This document shows, piece by piece, positions 19,163 to 28,349 of a DNA stretch of 64,000 bases. The notes below the pieces were generated by a model. It ran no database searches and had not been told where the DNA came from. It was given only the letters and a program-made list of their open reading frames with translations. Position 1 is the stretch's first letter. Each line of letters starts with the position of its first letter. The translations under genes were made by a program, and so were the position numbers. The DNA comes from Patescibacteria group bacterium (lineage in GTDB: Bacteria; Patescibacteriota; Patescibacteriia; JBDRGY01), in the NCBI GenBank assembly GCA_043817315.1, contig JBDRGY010000016.1, positions 69,445 through 133,444 on the forward strand. The letters run 5' to 3'.

Positions 19163-19857
19163 AAGCTTGACTTTATTTTTTTGGTTAAACCTGATAACGC
19201 GAGCTGCACAGCCTTTTTACCTTCTTGTAACTTTATATTACTAACCGGATCGTAGCCATATAGTTGTTTCCAGAGGAGGTTATCATGTTTCATTATAATC
19301 TTTTTCTTCAGATCAGGACGCAGGGCAATTAAAAATGAAGCTTCTAGCTCATCAGCGTGTTTGGCGTTCCTGATTCTTTGTAAATATTGTACCACATTTG
19401 GCTTTATTATTTTTAGCTCCCCTCTTTTGTCGGGCATGCTTCTTAATATCTTTCTTTGAGTGACGCTCCAATGACCCGATAATAGCACCAAGACTCTAAA
19501 TCTTTGCAGCCTTATTTGATTAATGACTTCCAAAAGGGTCTTTTTAAACAACGTGGGGGTTAAGTAATATATACTGCCCGGCAACCGGTGGCCAAATTGA
19601 GCATCCATACCTTGGAATAATCTATTTTTTACTTTATGGGTAGTAGCTGTTCCAAAAAACAACGGCGGCATCACTGTCCCACCTGTTTTTTTAGCCACCT
19701 TTTTACAGATTTCGTAGGCAGTCAAGCCATCGGTCCCTAGGGGCAAGTGATCGCCGTGCCATTCAGTAGTTCCTAAGGGTAAAAAAATTATCGGTTTTTT
19801 GTCAACAATCCGCTCAAAATCTTCCAAAAAAATTTCTTCTAGTCGTACCGTGCCCAT
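19159..19857 (-). CDS. Creatininase family protein
   Basis: PLGTTEWHGDHLPLGTD, SGHW, HADELE. Confidence 0.85.
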   Translation of the reverse strand: MGTVRLEEIFLEDFERIVDKKPIIFLPLGTTEWHGDHLPLGTDGLTAYEICKKVAKKTGGTVMPPLFFGTATTHKVKNRLFQGMDAQFGHRLPGSIYYLTPTLFKKTLLEVINQIRLQRFRVLVLLSGHWSVTQRKILRSMPDKRGELKIIKPNVVQYLQRIRNAKHADELEASFLIALRPDLKKKIIMKHDNLLWKQLYGYDPVSNIKLQEGKKAVQLALSGLTKKIKSSL

Positions 19858-19860
19858 ACT

Positions 19861-20502
19861 CTATATTTTTTGAATTAAGTCTAATTTAATATCCGCTAAG
19901 CTATTAACTATGGCATCGGCCCGGTCAAATTTCATTTTGCGGTTTTGGGCGCTGCGGACCACGATACATTTCATGCCGGCCCGTTTGGCTGCCAACATGC
20001 CATTAACTGAATCTTCCAAAACCAGACAATCGGCCGGCCTGACTCCCAGCTTCCTGGCGATAATTTTGTACACTTCGGGATGAGGTTTACCTTTTTTGAC
20101 CATTTCAGCAGTAACTTTTCCATGAAAAAAGGTGAGCAGTTTGTGTTTCTTCAACAGAAATCGTACATTTGCCCGATTGGCAGAAGTGGCCAATCCTCTT
20201 TTCCAGTCTTGTTTTAGAATTACCTTTTTTAATTTGGCGAAACCGGGCATCAGTTTTATACTATGGGCCCGATCCAAGAATTGCCTAGTCATCTTTCGAA
20301 GCATTGTAGGAAGTGGGTCTTGGATTTTATACCTTTTCTTAATAATTTTCAAGATGTCCACATTTCTCAGACCTAAAAAAATACCAGTATCTCCTTTGAA
20401 GGTAACGCCGTATTCTTTCATCAGGGCTAGCGTTGTTCTCTTGGCCACTGGCTCTGAATCAATCAGCAATCCGTCCATATCAAAAATTATCGCTTTGATC
20501 AT
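19861..20502 (-). CDS. HAD-superfamily phosphatase (beta-PGM/CbbY-like)
   Basis: IFDMDGLLIDSE, KPHPE, LEDS.NG..AAK.AGM. Confidence 0.9.
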   Translation of the reverse strand: MIKAIIFDMDGLLIDSEPVAKRTTLALMKEYGVTFKGDTGIFLGLRNVDILKIIKKRYKIQDPLPTMLRKMTRQFLDRAHSIKLMPGFAKLKKVILKQDWKRGLATSANRANVRFLLKKHKLLTFFHGKVTAEMVKKGKPHPEVYKIIARKLGVRPADCLVLEDSVNGMLAAKRAGMKCIVVRSAQNRKMKFDRADAIVNSLADIKLDLIQKI

Positions 20503-21854
20503 TTATTGAGACTTTCTACCAGATCAACTAGTTTATTAAAGTTTTTATCAAAAATCTCTTTGGTGTCAGCCTCGGCCGTTACCCTTAAAAGAGGTTCTGT
20601 ATTGGAGGGCCGTACATTAAACCACCAATCGGGGTATGTTATGGTAACTCCGTCCAGTTCATCAATTTGGCCATCATTATATTCCCTCTTAATGGCCTCA
20701 ATAGTTTTGGCGGATTCTTCTACGGGCAAATTGTGTTCGTCGGCCTTGTAATAAGTGGTAAACCCTTGGATCAGCTCTGATAGTGGCTTGTTCTCTTCTG
20801 AGATTATCTGACAACCAATCAACATGGAAATCATCCCGGAATCAGAGAAATAGTTACCCTTGAATGCATAATGAGCGGATAATTCTCCTCCCAAGGGACA
20901 ATCATGTTCAATCATTTTATCCCTGACAAAGGCATACCCCACTCGACAGCGGTAGGCCTGGCCACCCCATTCCTTTACTTTTTCTGCTACTGCCTTGCTA
21001 CAGACTGCGTTGTAAACGATGCCTGCTCCTGGGTTTTTCTTGAGAAAGTATTCAGCCAGCAGAATCAAAGTCATGTCGGCCGGTATGAATTGTCCTTTCT
21101 CGTCAACCAAGAACAGTCTGTCAGTATCCCCGTCAAAGATCAGTCCAAAATCAGCCTGCTCTCGTACCACTGCCTCAGTTATCTGACTACGACTTTCTGG
21201 TAAAAGTGGGTTGGAAGGGTGGGCCGGGAAGTTGCCGTCTAATTCAAAGTTTAGGGGGATGATATGGCCAGGCAATCGTTGGGCTATCTTGGGGATGATT
21301 TTACCGGCCATACCGTTACCTGCATCAACCACTATCTTGAATGGTTTAATCGTGCTCAGGTCAACAAAACTGAAAATATGTTTGAGAAATTCGGGATAGA
21401 CTTCTTTCTGGTCTACCTTGCCTACTGCCGACTGTCGACTGGTATCAACCGTAAATTCTTTAAGGTCCTGGCCCTTGACCACACTGCCGTCTTCTCTGAC
21501 CATCTTGAAACCGTTATACTCTTTGGGGTTGTGAGAGGCAGTAACCATGATACCACCGTCGTATTTATAAAAGCCTCTGGCAAAATAAACCATATCAACC
21601 GGCACCAGGCCGATGTCATCCACCATGACACCTTGCGAGGTCAGCCCTTTAACCAGATGGTAAAAAAGGCCCTCTGAAGATAGTCGCATGTCTCTTCCCA
21701 CCACCACTCGTTTAGCTCCAGTTAACTGAGCATAGGCCTGCCCCACCCAAAAAGCCACCTTTTCATTCACTTGATCAGGAAAAGTACCTCTGATGTCGTA
21801 AGCTTTAAAAATTTTAGGGTTAAACTGCGCCATTACTTCTTGGTCCTTTGCCAT
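20499..21854 (-). CDS. Phosphomannomutase/phosphoglucomutase
   Basis: FKAYDIRG, TASHNP, FDGDTDR, GGELSAH, VRPSNTEP. Confidence 0.93.
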   Translation of the reverse strand: MAKDQEVMAQFNPKIFKAYDIRGTFPDQVNEKVAFWVGQAYAQLTGAKRVVVGRDMRLSSEGLFYHLVKGLTSQGVMVDDIGLVPVDMVYFARGFYKYDGGIMVTASHNPKEYNGFKMVREDGSVVKGQDLKEFTVDTSRQSAVGKVDQKEVYPEFLKHIFSFVDLSTIKPFKIVVDAGNGMAGKIIPKIAQRLPGHIIPLNFELDGNFPAHPSNPLLPESRSQITEAVVREQADFGLIFDGDTDRLFLVDEKGQFIPADMTLILLAEYFLKKNPGAGIVYNAVCSKAVAEKVKEWGGQAYRCRVGYAFVRDKMIEHDCPLGGELSAHYAFKGNYFSDSGMISMLIGCQIISEENKPLSELIQGFTTYYKADEHNLPVEESAKTIEAIKREYNDGQIDELDGVTITYPDWWFNVRPSNTEPLLRVTAEADTKEIFDKNFNKLVDLVESLNK

Positions 21855-22984
21855 TTTATTTTTTTGAGTAATTCAGCCATGGCGCCCAATATCCAGATCA
21901 CAGCCACCAAGTGTACCAGCCATCCGATTACTGGGATGCTAACTAATATCAGGTAGAGAAATACTCCCATAATCATGGCCCAGGTTAAAGACACTTCTTT
22001 GTCCTTATTAATACTTTGCAACACCTTTTTTCCAATCAACAATCCGGCGAATATTTGAGTTAGATATAGTACAATTCCATAGAGAAGTCCCGCTATTAGC
22101 GCCAGGGGAATCCCAATAACAGTCAGCAGCAACAAGAAAAGGATAATGGGAATAACTATTAGGTAGACAAGCCCCCAGCCCATGTAAACTGCTGGCTTCT
22201 TCAACATTTCCTCTGTAATTGCATACAATTTCTTGTGGAATAAGGCAATTAACACCAGGCCAACCACCAATAGGCCGAACAGTCGAACTAGCTTGAAAAA
22301 GAAATAAAACCCAGCCCCCCAACCAGCCAGGGCTTTCCAGCTGATACTAGGAAGCTTCTGAACCACGAATTCTTTTTCACCTACAGTGGCCCCTGACTTC
22401 AGAGTCAGTTGGCTGGCCGTCTCACCTTTATAAGTCAGGGTGCCTATAATTTCTGATTCTTCATAGAGGGTTAAGTTTCCGTCATTACTCAAATGAATAG
22501 TGGAGTCTCCTCCCACTTGACCGTAGATTTTGAAATTAACAGCTCCTCCGTCCAGGTGGCCCCCGATTTGGCCGCGCTGGTTGACAGTGGAACCAAAGAT
22601 CAAAGCCGACCAGGCCACACTGGCTTTCTCGCTGATATTTATAGTGTTACCAAAAGCAATTAAATTTTTTCCGACGTTAGCGTCAATTTCCACGTTGTTG
22701 CCAGCCACCCTGACATTGCCCTCGACGCTGCCGGTTATTCTGATGTTATTACCGGCAGCAATAACATCACCCCCCACTCTGCCGGAGATTGTGATTTCGT
22801 TAGCGGCCACAATAACATCACCATCCACTCGCCCCTCGATGGTTACGGTCTGGGCAGCTCTGATTAAGTTGCGGTCCACCACTTCGTTTTTACTTACTGT
22901 CACTTCGGCCTGATAACTCTGGGCCAGAGCTATGGCCGGAATGGTTATAAAGACTGCTAGCGTAAGAAAGATAATTTTCTTCAT
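21833..22984 (-). CDS. Membrane protein with bactofilin/polymer-forming beta-helix repeats and C-terminal TM domain
   Basis: Signal peptide, repeated I.G.V.GDV..A units, multi-TM C-terminus (LLLTVIGIPLAL, SIPVIGW). Confidence 0.75.
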   Translation of the reverse strand: MKKIIFLTLAVFITIPAIALAQSYQAEVTVSKNEVVDRNLIRAAQTVTIEGRVDGDVIVAANEITISGRVGGDVIAAGNNIRITGSVEGNVRVAGNNVEIDANVGKNLIAFGNTINISEKASVAWSALIFGSTVNQRGQIGGHLDGGAVNFKIYGQVGGDSTIHLSNDGNLTLYEESEIIGTLTYKGETASQLTLKSGATVGEKEFVVQKLPSISWKALAGWGAGFYFFFKLVRLFGLLVVGLVLIALFHKKLYAITEEMLKKPAVYMGWGLVYLIVIPIILFLLLLTVIGIPLALIAGLLYGIVLYLTQIFAGLLIGKKVLQSINKDKEVSLTWAMIMGVFLYLILVSIPVIGWLVHLVAVIWILGAMAELLKKIKWQRTKK

Positions 22985-23043
22985 TGTTCTAAAAAATTAA
23001 TAATTGTCTTAATCATAATAGCATCAACGGGCGGATTTTTCAA

Positions 23044-23763
23044 TCACTGTTTTTGGGCAATCAAACAAAGGTTGTAGGCCTGTTTTTGGTCTGTTTTTTT
23101 GCCTTTCTTGGCGTAAAAAGATTCGATTATCTTGAATTTTTCCGAGCTTACCAATCGTTCTAATTCTACCTGGCCAAAACCGTGTAAATAGCGTTTGGTC
23201 AGAACCTCTCCTTGGGGATTTTTCCAAGGCCTAAAAACGTCTTTTATTTCTTCAGCTTCCCTTCTAATAATATCGTCTGCTGGCAAATTTCTCAGTTGCT
23301 CATTCATCTTGGCCTGAGCAAGGTTCCAGACAGTAATCATTAAATAGCCGCCTGGTTTCAAAACCCGGTAAAAATCTTTAATTACCTGGCCACGGTATCC
23401 CGTCGAGGGAACGTGATGCAGAGTAGCAACTGATAATAAGACATTAAATTGTTGATCAGCTAAGGGCAGGGATAAAATGTCACCAACTTTAAACTTAACT
23501 TTGGGATATTTGCCCTGGGCCTTTCTAATTAGTCTGGGGCTAATGTCGACGCCCGTATAGCTGATCCCCAACCCCTGCAAACTATCATAGAGGCGACCGT
23601 TACCACAGCCGGCATCTAACACTTTATCTCCGGATTTGATATACTTTTTAAAGATAGCAAACTCCGACCAGTCTCGATAACGAGTTTGGCTAAAATGATC
23701 AGCAATAGTTTCATAGTTGTCTTTAACCTGTTTCAAAATTTTATCGGCTTGTCGTTTATCCAT
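23044..23763 (-). CDS. Class I SAM methyltransferase, Trm9/ALKBH8-like tRNA (cm5U34) methyltransferase
   Basis: YETIADHFSQTRY..W, VLDAGCGNGR, SVATLHH, LKPGG...ITVW, RYLHGF. ATG at 23763 preferred over 23835. Confidence 0.75.
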   Translation of the reverse strand: MDKRQADKILKQVKDNYETIADHFSQTRYRDWSEFAIFKKYIKSGDKVLDAGCGNGRLYDSLQGLGISYTGVDISPRLIRKAQGKYPKVKFKVGDILSLPLADQQFNVLLSVATLHHVPSTGYRGQVIKDFYRVLKPGGYLMITVWNLAQAKMNEQLRNLPADDIIRREAEEIKDVFRPWKNPQGEVLTKRYLHGFGQVELERLVSSEKFKIIESFYAKKGKKTDQKQAYNLCLIAQKQ

Positions 23764-25326
23764 ATGACCCAGAATCAAATAATCGAAAAGTTGGTTAGAA
23801 AAGCAATTAGAGATAAAGTTGGCGATCAAGCTCAACTAAAATTGCTCAAGTATTATATTTCTAAAAAATATAAGGTTCCCCTTATCACCAATGTCTCTAT
23901 TTTACAGGTTTATCGGCAAATGCTCAAAGCCAAAAGGATAAAGAAATCAGTAAAGCTGGAACGAGCCCTAAAGATAAGAAGTATTCGCACCCTGTCTGGT
24001 GTTGCCGTAGTTGCCGTCCTAACCAAGCCCTATCCCTGCCCGGGACGTTGTGCCTACTGCCCAACTGAAAACAAAATGCCCAAATCATACCTTTCTAATG
24101 AGCCAGCAGTAATGCGAGCAGTGCTTAATCACTTCGATCCTTTCAGGCAGGTTAAGATGAGGATCAAAGCTTTGCAGAATAACGGTCATCCTACTGATAA
24201 AATCGAATTAATCGTTATCGGCGGTACTTGGTCCTATTTACCGGATAAATATCAAACTAGGTTTATAAAAAGATGTTTCGATGCTTGTAATAATTCTCCA
24301 AGCAAAACTTTGATTCAAGCTCAGCAGAAAAACGAAAAAGCCCAGCATCGGATTATCGGACTGACTTTAGAGACCAGACCGGATTACATCGACGCCGAAG
24401 AAATTGCCAAGATGAGAAAATATGGTTGTACTCGGGTAGAAATTGGTATTCAGCATTTGGACGATAAGGTTTTAAAGCTTAACCGCCGAGGGCACGGAAT
24501 AAAAGAGAGCGTTAAGGCTACCCAGTTGCTGAAAGATGCTGGTTTTAAAATCTGCTACCACTTAATGCCTAACTTGCCCGGCTCTACTCCTCAAAAGGAT
24601 TTTACGATGATAAAGAAGGTGTTTTCTGATTCTCGTTTCCGACCAGACATGGTTAAGATTTATCCTTGTTTAGTTACCAAAAACTCTCTGCTCTACACTT
24701 GGTACAAAAAAGGCCAGCACCAGCCATATTCTGACAAACAACTAGCCAACTTGCTAATCAAAGTAAAAGAACAGGTCATCCCCCATTACGTTCGGATCAA
24801 TCGCTTAATCCGCGATATCCCAACCGCCAGCATTGTGGCCGGTAATAAAGTTACCAACTTACGGCAACTGCTGCATAGGCAGGGGGTCAACTGTAAATGT
24901 ATTCGCTGCCGGGAAGCTAGATCTAAAAAGATTGACCCTAAAAATCTTAAACTATTCATCGATAAGTATGCGGCCTCCGAGGGTACTGAATACTTTTTGA
25001 GTTATGAAGATAAAAAACGACAAACTTTATACGCCTTTCTGCGCTTACGCATTCCTTCCCGGCAAAAACCGGTCTTCGATGTCTTTATAAATGCAGCCAT
25101 TGTCCGCGAAATACATACTTATGGCCAACTGATTCCGCTGCAGGGTAAAAGGACCGCCGTGCAACACACTGGCCTGGGTAAAAAGTTGATGGCCGAGGGA
25201 GCAAAACTCGCCAAAAAGCATAAAGTTAAACAAATTGCTGTCATTTCCGGAGTGGGAGTTAGAGAATATTATCGTAAATTGGGCTATCGGCTTCAGGACA
25301 GCTACATGGTTAAGAATCTTGTCTAG
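23764..25326 (+). CDS. elp3: tRNA uridine(34) carboxymethyl-synthesis radical SAM/GNAT enzyme Elp3
   Basis: RTLSGVAVVAV, CPGRCAYC (CX3CX2C), ETRPD, KIYP, RLIRDIP, QHTGLGK.LM, ISGVGVREYYRKLGY. ATG at 23764 preferred. Confidence 0.93.
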   Translation: MTQNQIIEKLVRKAIRDKVGDQAQLKLLKYYISKKYKVPLITNVSILQVYRQMLKAKRIKKSVKLERALKIRSIRTLSGVAVVAVLTKPYPCPGRCAYCPTENKMPKSYLSNEPAVMRAVLNHFDPFRQVKMRIKALQNNGHPTDKIELIVIGGTWSYLPDKYQTRFIKRCFDACNNSPSKTLIQAQQKNEKAQHRIIGLTLETRPDYIDAEEIAKMRKYGCTRVEIGIQHLDDKVLKLNRRGHGIKESVKATQLLKDAGFKICYHLMPNLPGSTPQKDFTMIKKVFSDSRFRPDMVKIYPCLVTKNSLLYTWYKKGQHQPYSDKQLANLLIKVKEQVIPHYVRINRLIRDIPTASIVAGNKVTNLRQLLHRQGVNCKCIRCREARSKKIDPKNLKLFIDKYAASEGTEYFLSYEDKKRQTLYAFLRLRIPSRQKPVFDVFINAAIVREIHTYGQLIPLQGKRTAVQHTGLGKKLMAEGAKLAKKHKVKQIAVISGVGVREYYRKLGYRLQDSYMVKNLV

Positions 25327-25387
25327 GCAACATTATTGGCCATTCGTCAAGACTGTTGCGATTTTTTTTATGTGATAGAATTAATTT

Positions 25388-25771
25388 ATGAAATGTGAAA
25401 TTGTTTCTGGGCCAGTCATCGTTGAAAAAGATAAAGTACTGTTGGTTAAAGAGGGCAATGATAGAATCTGGAAATTCCCGGGAGGTAAAGTAAAAAGCGG
25501 TGAAAGCTTGGAGGAAACTTGTCGCAGAGAGGTTAAAGAAGAACTGGGTGTTAATTTGAAAATCATTAAACCGCTAAAGCCGCTACTGGTTTACCGAAAG
25601 GCCAAGACTATTTTTTCTATTACCTATCTGGCTAAACGCCTGGGCAAAATAAAACCGGGTCAACAGATCAAAGAATATAAATGGTTTGATTTAAACAAAC
25701 TACCCCCCGAAGCTGGTGAAAATATTAAACCAGTAATCAAGGCCTACATAAAACATGCAAAAACTAAATAA
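25388..25771 (+). CDS. NUDIX hydrolase
   Basis: PGGKVKSGESLEETCRREVKEELG Nudix box. Confidence 0.9.
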   Translation: MKCEIVSGPVIVEKDKVLLVKEGNDRIWKFPGGKVKSGESLEETCRREVKEELGVNLKIIKPLKPLLVYRKAKTIFSITYLAKRLGKIKPGQQIKEYKWFDLNKLPPEAGENIKPVIKAYIKHAKTK

Positions 25772-26999
25772 ACAAGACCCTAAAGTAGCCGAAGCCATCA
25801 AGGCAGAGATAAGGCGCCAAAGAGAAGGTCTTGAACTAATTCCTTCAGAAAACTTTGTGTCCCTGGCTGTTTTAGAGGCTTTAGGCAGTGTCTTGACCAA
25901 TAAATATTCAGAGGGTTATCCGGGCAAAAGATATTACGGCGGGACGGCCAATGTCGATACCACTGAACAGTTGGCCATTGATCGGGCCAAACAATTATTC
26001 GGCGCCGAGCACGTTAACGTCCAGCCCCTATCCGGAGCTCCGGCCAATGTAGCGGTTTATTCTGCTGTTTTAAAACCAGGTGATACTGTCTTGGGAATGG
26101 ATTTGTCCCACGGGGGACATTTAACCCATGGTCATCCCATTACCTGGATGGCGCAGATTTTTAACTTTGTTCGCTACAAAACCAAAGAAGACGGTCAGAT
26201 TGATTACGATCAAGTCCGGCAAATGGCCCAAGAATATAAGCCCAAGATTGTCCTTTGCGGCTATTCTGCCTACTCCCGTGATCTGGATTATCAGAAATTT
26301 AAAGCCATCGCTGACGAAGTGGGTGCCCTGACCATGGCCGATGTAGCCCATATTGCCGGTTTAATTGCCGCTGATGAGATGAACGATCCGGTTCCTTACT
26401 TTGACATTATTACCACTACTACCCACAAAACTTTGCGCGGACCGCGGGGCGGCATGATTATGTGCAAAAAGGAATTGGCTGCCCAGATTGATAAAGCTGT
26501 TTTTCCCGGTTTTCAGGGTGGGCCCCATGAACACAATATTGCCGCTAAAGCCGTGGCCTTTGGTGAAGACCTTAAGCCGGAATTTAAAGAATATATAAAG
26601 CAAGTTAAACAGAACGCCAAGGCATTGTGTGACACCTTAAAAGAAGAAGGCTTTAAGATCTGCTTTGGTGATACGGAGAATCATTTGATTTTAACTGATG
26701 TTACCCCCCTGGGCTTGGCTGGCAAGCAGGCCCAGGAGTTACTCGATGAGGTCAAAATAACCTGCAATAAGAATATGATTCCTGATGATAAAAGAAAGCC
26801 CCTAGACCCCTCTGGAATCCGCTTGGGCAGTCCAGCCCTTACTACCAGGGGGTTTCAAGAAAATGATATGAACATTATCGGGCAATTAATTGCCAAAAGG
26901 TTAAAAAACCCCGATAATGAAAGTGTTAAACAAGAGGTTTTAGATAAAGTTAAGGAACTTACTGATCAATATCCCCTTTATCCGGAATTAGCCATATAA
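25755..26999 (+). CDS. glyA: Serine hydroxymethyltransferase
   Basis: LIPSEN, NKYSEGYPGKRYYGG, GGHLTHG, TTTHKTLRGPRGG. Confidence 0.97.
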   Translation: MQKLNKQDPKVAEAIKAEIRRQREGLELIPSENFVSLAVLEALGSVLTNKYSEGYPGKRYYGGTANVDTTEQLAIDRAKQLFGAEHVNVQPLSGAPANVAVYSAVLKPGDTVLGMDLSHGGHLTHGHPITWMAQIFNFVRYKTKEDGQIDYDQVRQMAQEYKPKIVLCGYSAYSRDLDYQKFKAIADEVGALTMADVAHIAGLIAADEMNDPVPYFDIITTTTHKTLRGPRGGMIMCKKELAAQIDKAVFPGFQGGPHEHNIAAKAVAFGEDLKPEFKEYIKQVKQNAKALCDTLKEEGFKICFGDTENHLILTDVTPLGLAGKQAQELLDEVKITCNKNMIPDDKRKPLDPSGIRLGSPALTTRGFQENDMNIIGQLIAKRLKNPDNESVKQEVLDKVKELTDQYPLYPELAI

Positions 27000-27001
27000 T
27001 T

Positions 27002-27841
27002 ATGCCAGAAATTATCGACGGCAAAAAAATTTCCCAAACTATTCTCAGGGAACTAAAAAAGAAAGTTAGCCAACTGGGAGCCCAGCCCGGTTTAGCCGTC
27101 ATTTTAGTGGGTAATGATAAATCCTCGGAGCTTTACGTGTCTCTCAAAGAAAAGGCTTGTCAAAGAGCAGGCATTCATTTTGTTAAACACCTTTTTGCCA
27201 AAAACACCAAGCAGTCAGAGATTATTAAGAAAATCAAAGAGTTAAATCAAGATAAAGGTATCCACGGCATTTTGGTTCAACTACCACTACCCCGGCAGTT
27301 AAACGAAAACCATATTATTGAGGCTATTGATCCTGACAAAGACGTCGACGGCTTTCACCCGGTTAATCTGTACAATTTAATAACTGACGATTTAGATGAC
27401 CGGCTTATTCCTTGTGTGGCCCAGGGTGTAATGAAACTACTGGAAACTACACAGCAGCCGTTAATTAATAAAAAGGCAGTAATCGTTTCCAATTCTCAAA
27501 TCTTCGCCATTCCAATTCTGCAACTGCTACATCGTGAGGGTATTTATGCAATCCGAGTGGCCCCTGACGATCCTCACCTGTCGTTTGAAACTGCCAGAGG
27601 CGATATCTTAATCGTCGCAGTGGGCCAGCCCAACTTTATAAAATCAGACATGATCCGATTTGGTGCCACCATTATTGATGTGGGTTGCAATAGGTTTGAT
27701 AATAGAACCAGTGGGGATGTGGACTTTGAAAATACAAAAAATCAGGCTACTTATATCACACCCGTCCCCGGTGGAGTCGGCCCCATGACCATTGCCTTGC
27801 TGTTAACTAATGTGGTGGCTGCTTTTGACCGCCAAAATTAA
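27002..27841 (+). CDS. folD: Bifunctional methylene-THF dehydrogenase/cyclohydrolase
   Basis: IIDGKK, GILVQLPLP, KDVDGFHP, TPVPGGVGPMT. Confidence 0.95.
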   Translation: MPEIIDGKKISQTILRELKKKVSQLGAQPGLAVILVGNDKSSELYVSLKEKACQRAGIHFVKHLFAKNTKQSEIIKKIKELNQDKGIHGILVQLPLPRQLNENHIIEAIDPDKDVDGFHPVNLYNLITDDLDDRLIPCVAQGVMKLLETTQQPLINKKAVIVSNSQIFAIPILQLLHREGIYAIRVAPDDPHLSFETARGDILIVAVGQPNFIKSDMIRFGATIIDVGCNRFDNRTSGDVDFENTKNQATYITPVPGGVGPMTIALLLTNVVAAFDRQN

Positions 27842-27843
27842 GC

Positions 27844-27882
27844 AATAATAAAACTTACTTTAATCAAGTAAGTTTTATTATT
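27844..27882. terminator. AT-rich inverted repeat, likely bidirectional terminator
   Basis: AATAATAAAACTTACTT-TAATC-AAGTAAGTTTTATTATT between convergent genes. Confidence 0.65.
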
Positions 27883-27884
27883 AA

Positions 27885-28289
27885 CTATTTCTTCTTTACC
27901 ATTCTCAAGAAATCTTTGGGTGTGACAATCTCAGTGCGAAAAAACTTCTGCAGTTTCAATAGATTTTTATCTTCGGTCACTAAATAATCAGCTTGTGAGG
28001 CTAAGGCACATTGGATGTACTTAGCGCTGGCAGCGTTCATTTTAACCTCGACAATGTCATAATCTGCCTTGATAATCTCGGCAATGGCGAAATAGTCTTC
28101 CAAGACATCCTGCCATTCCGGTTCAACATCCTTTTTTCCCAATAAATCAACACACTCTTTAAGCACATTTTGACTAATAACAGGCTGCCAATCACCAGCC
28201 AGACACTGCTCAACTATTTTATTAACAGGACCAGTCTTTTTCTGGATTTTTTTGATTAATAGGTCACTATCGAATATTAGCTTCTTCAT
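27885..28289 (-). CDS. PIN-domain protein (PIN_3-like), degenerate
   Basis: LIFDSDLLI...CALASQADYLVTEDKNLL...IVTPKDFL. Confidence 0.7.
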   Translation of the reverse strand: MKKLIFDSDLLIKKIQKKTGPVNKIVEQCLAGDWQPVISQNVLKECVDLLGKKDVEPEWQDVLEDYFAIAEIIKADYDIVEVKMNAASAKYIQCALASQADYLVTEDKNLLKLQKFFRTEIVTPKDFLRMVKKK

Positions 28290-28349
28290 ACCTCAATTAT
28301 ATACCGCCTGATTTAAAAATCAAACTTATTCTGGTAGAATAAAAGCATT

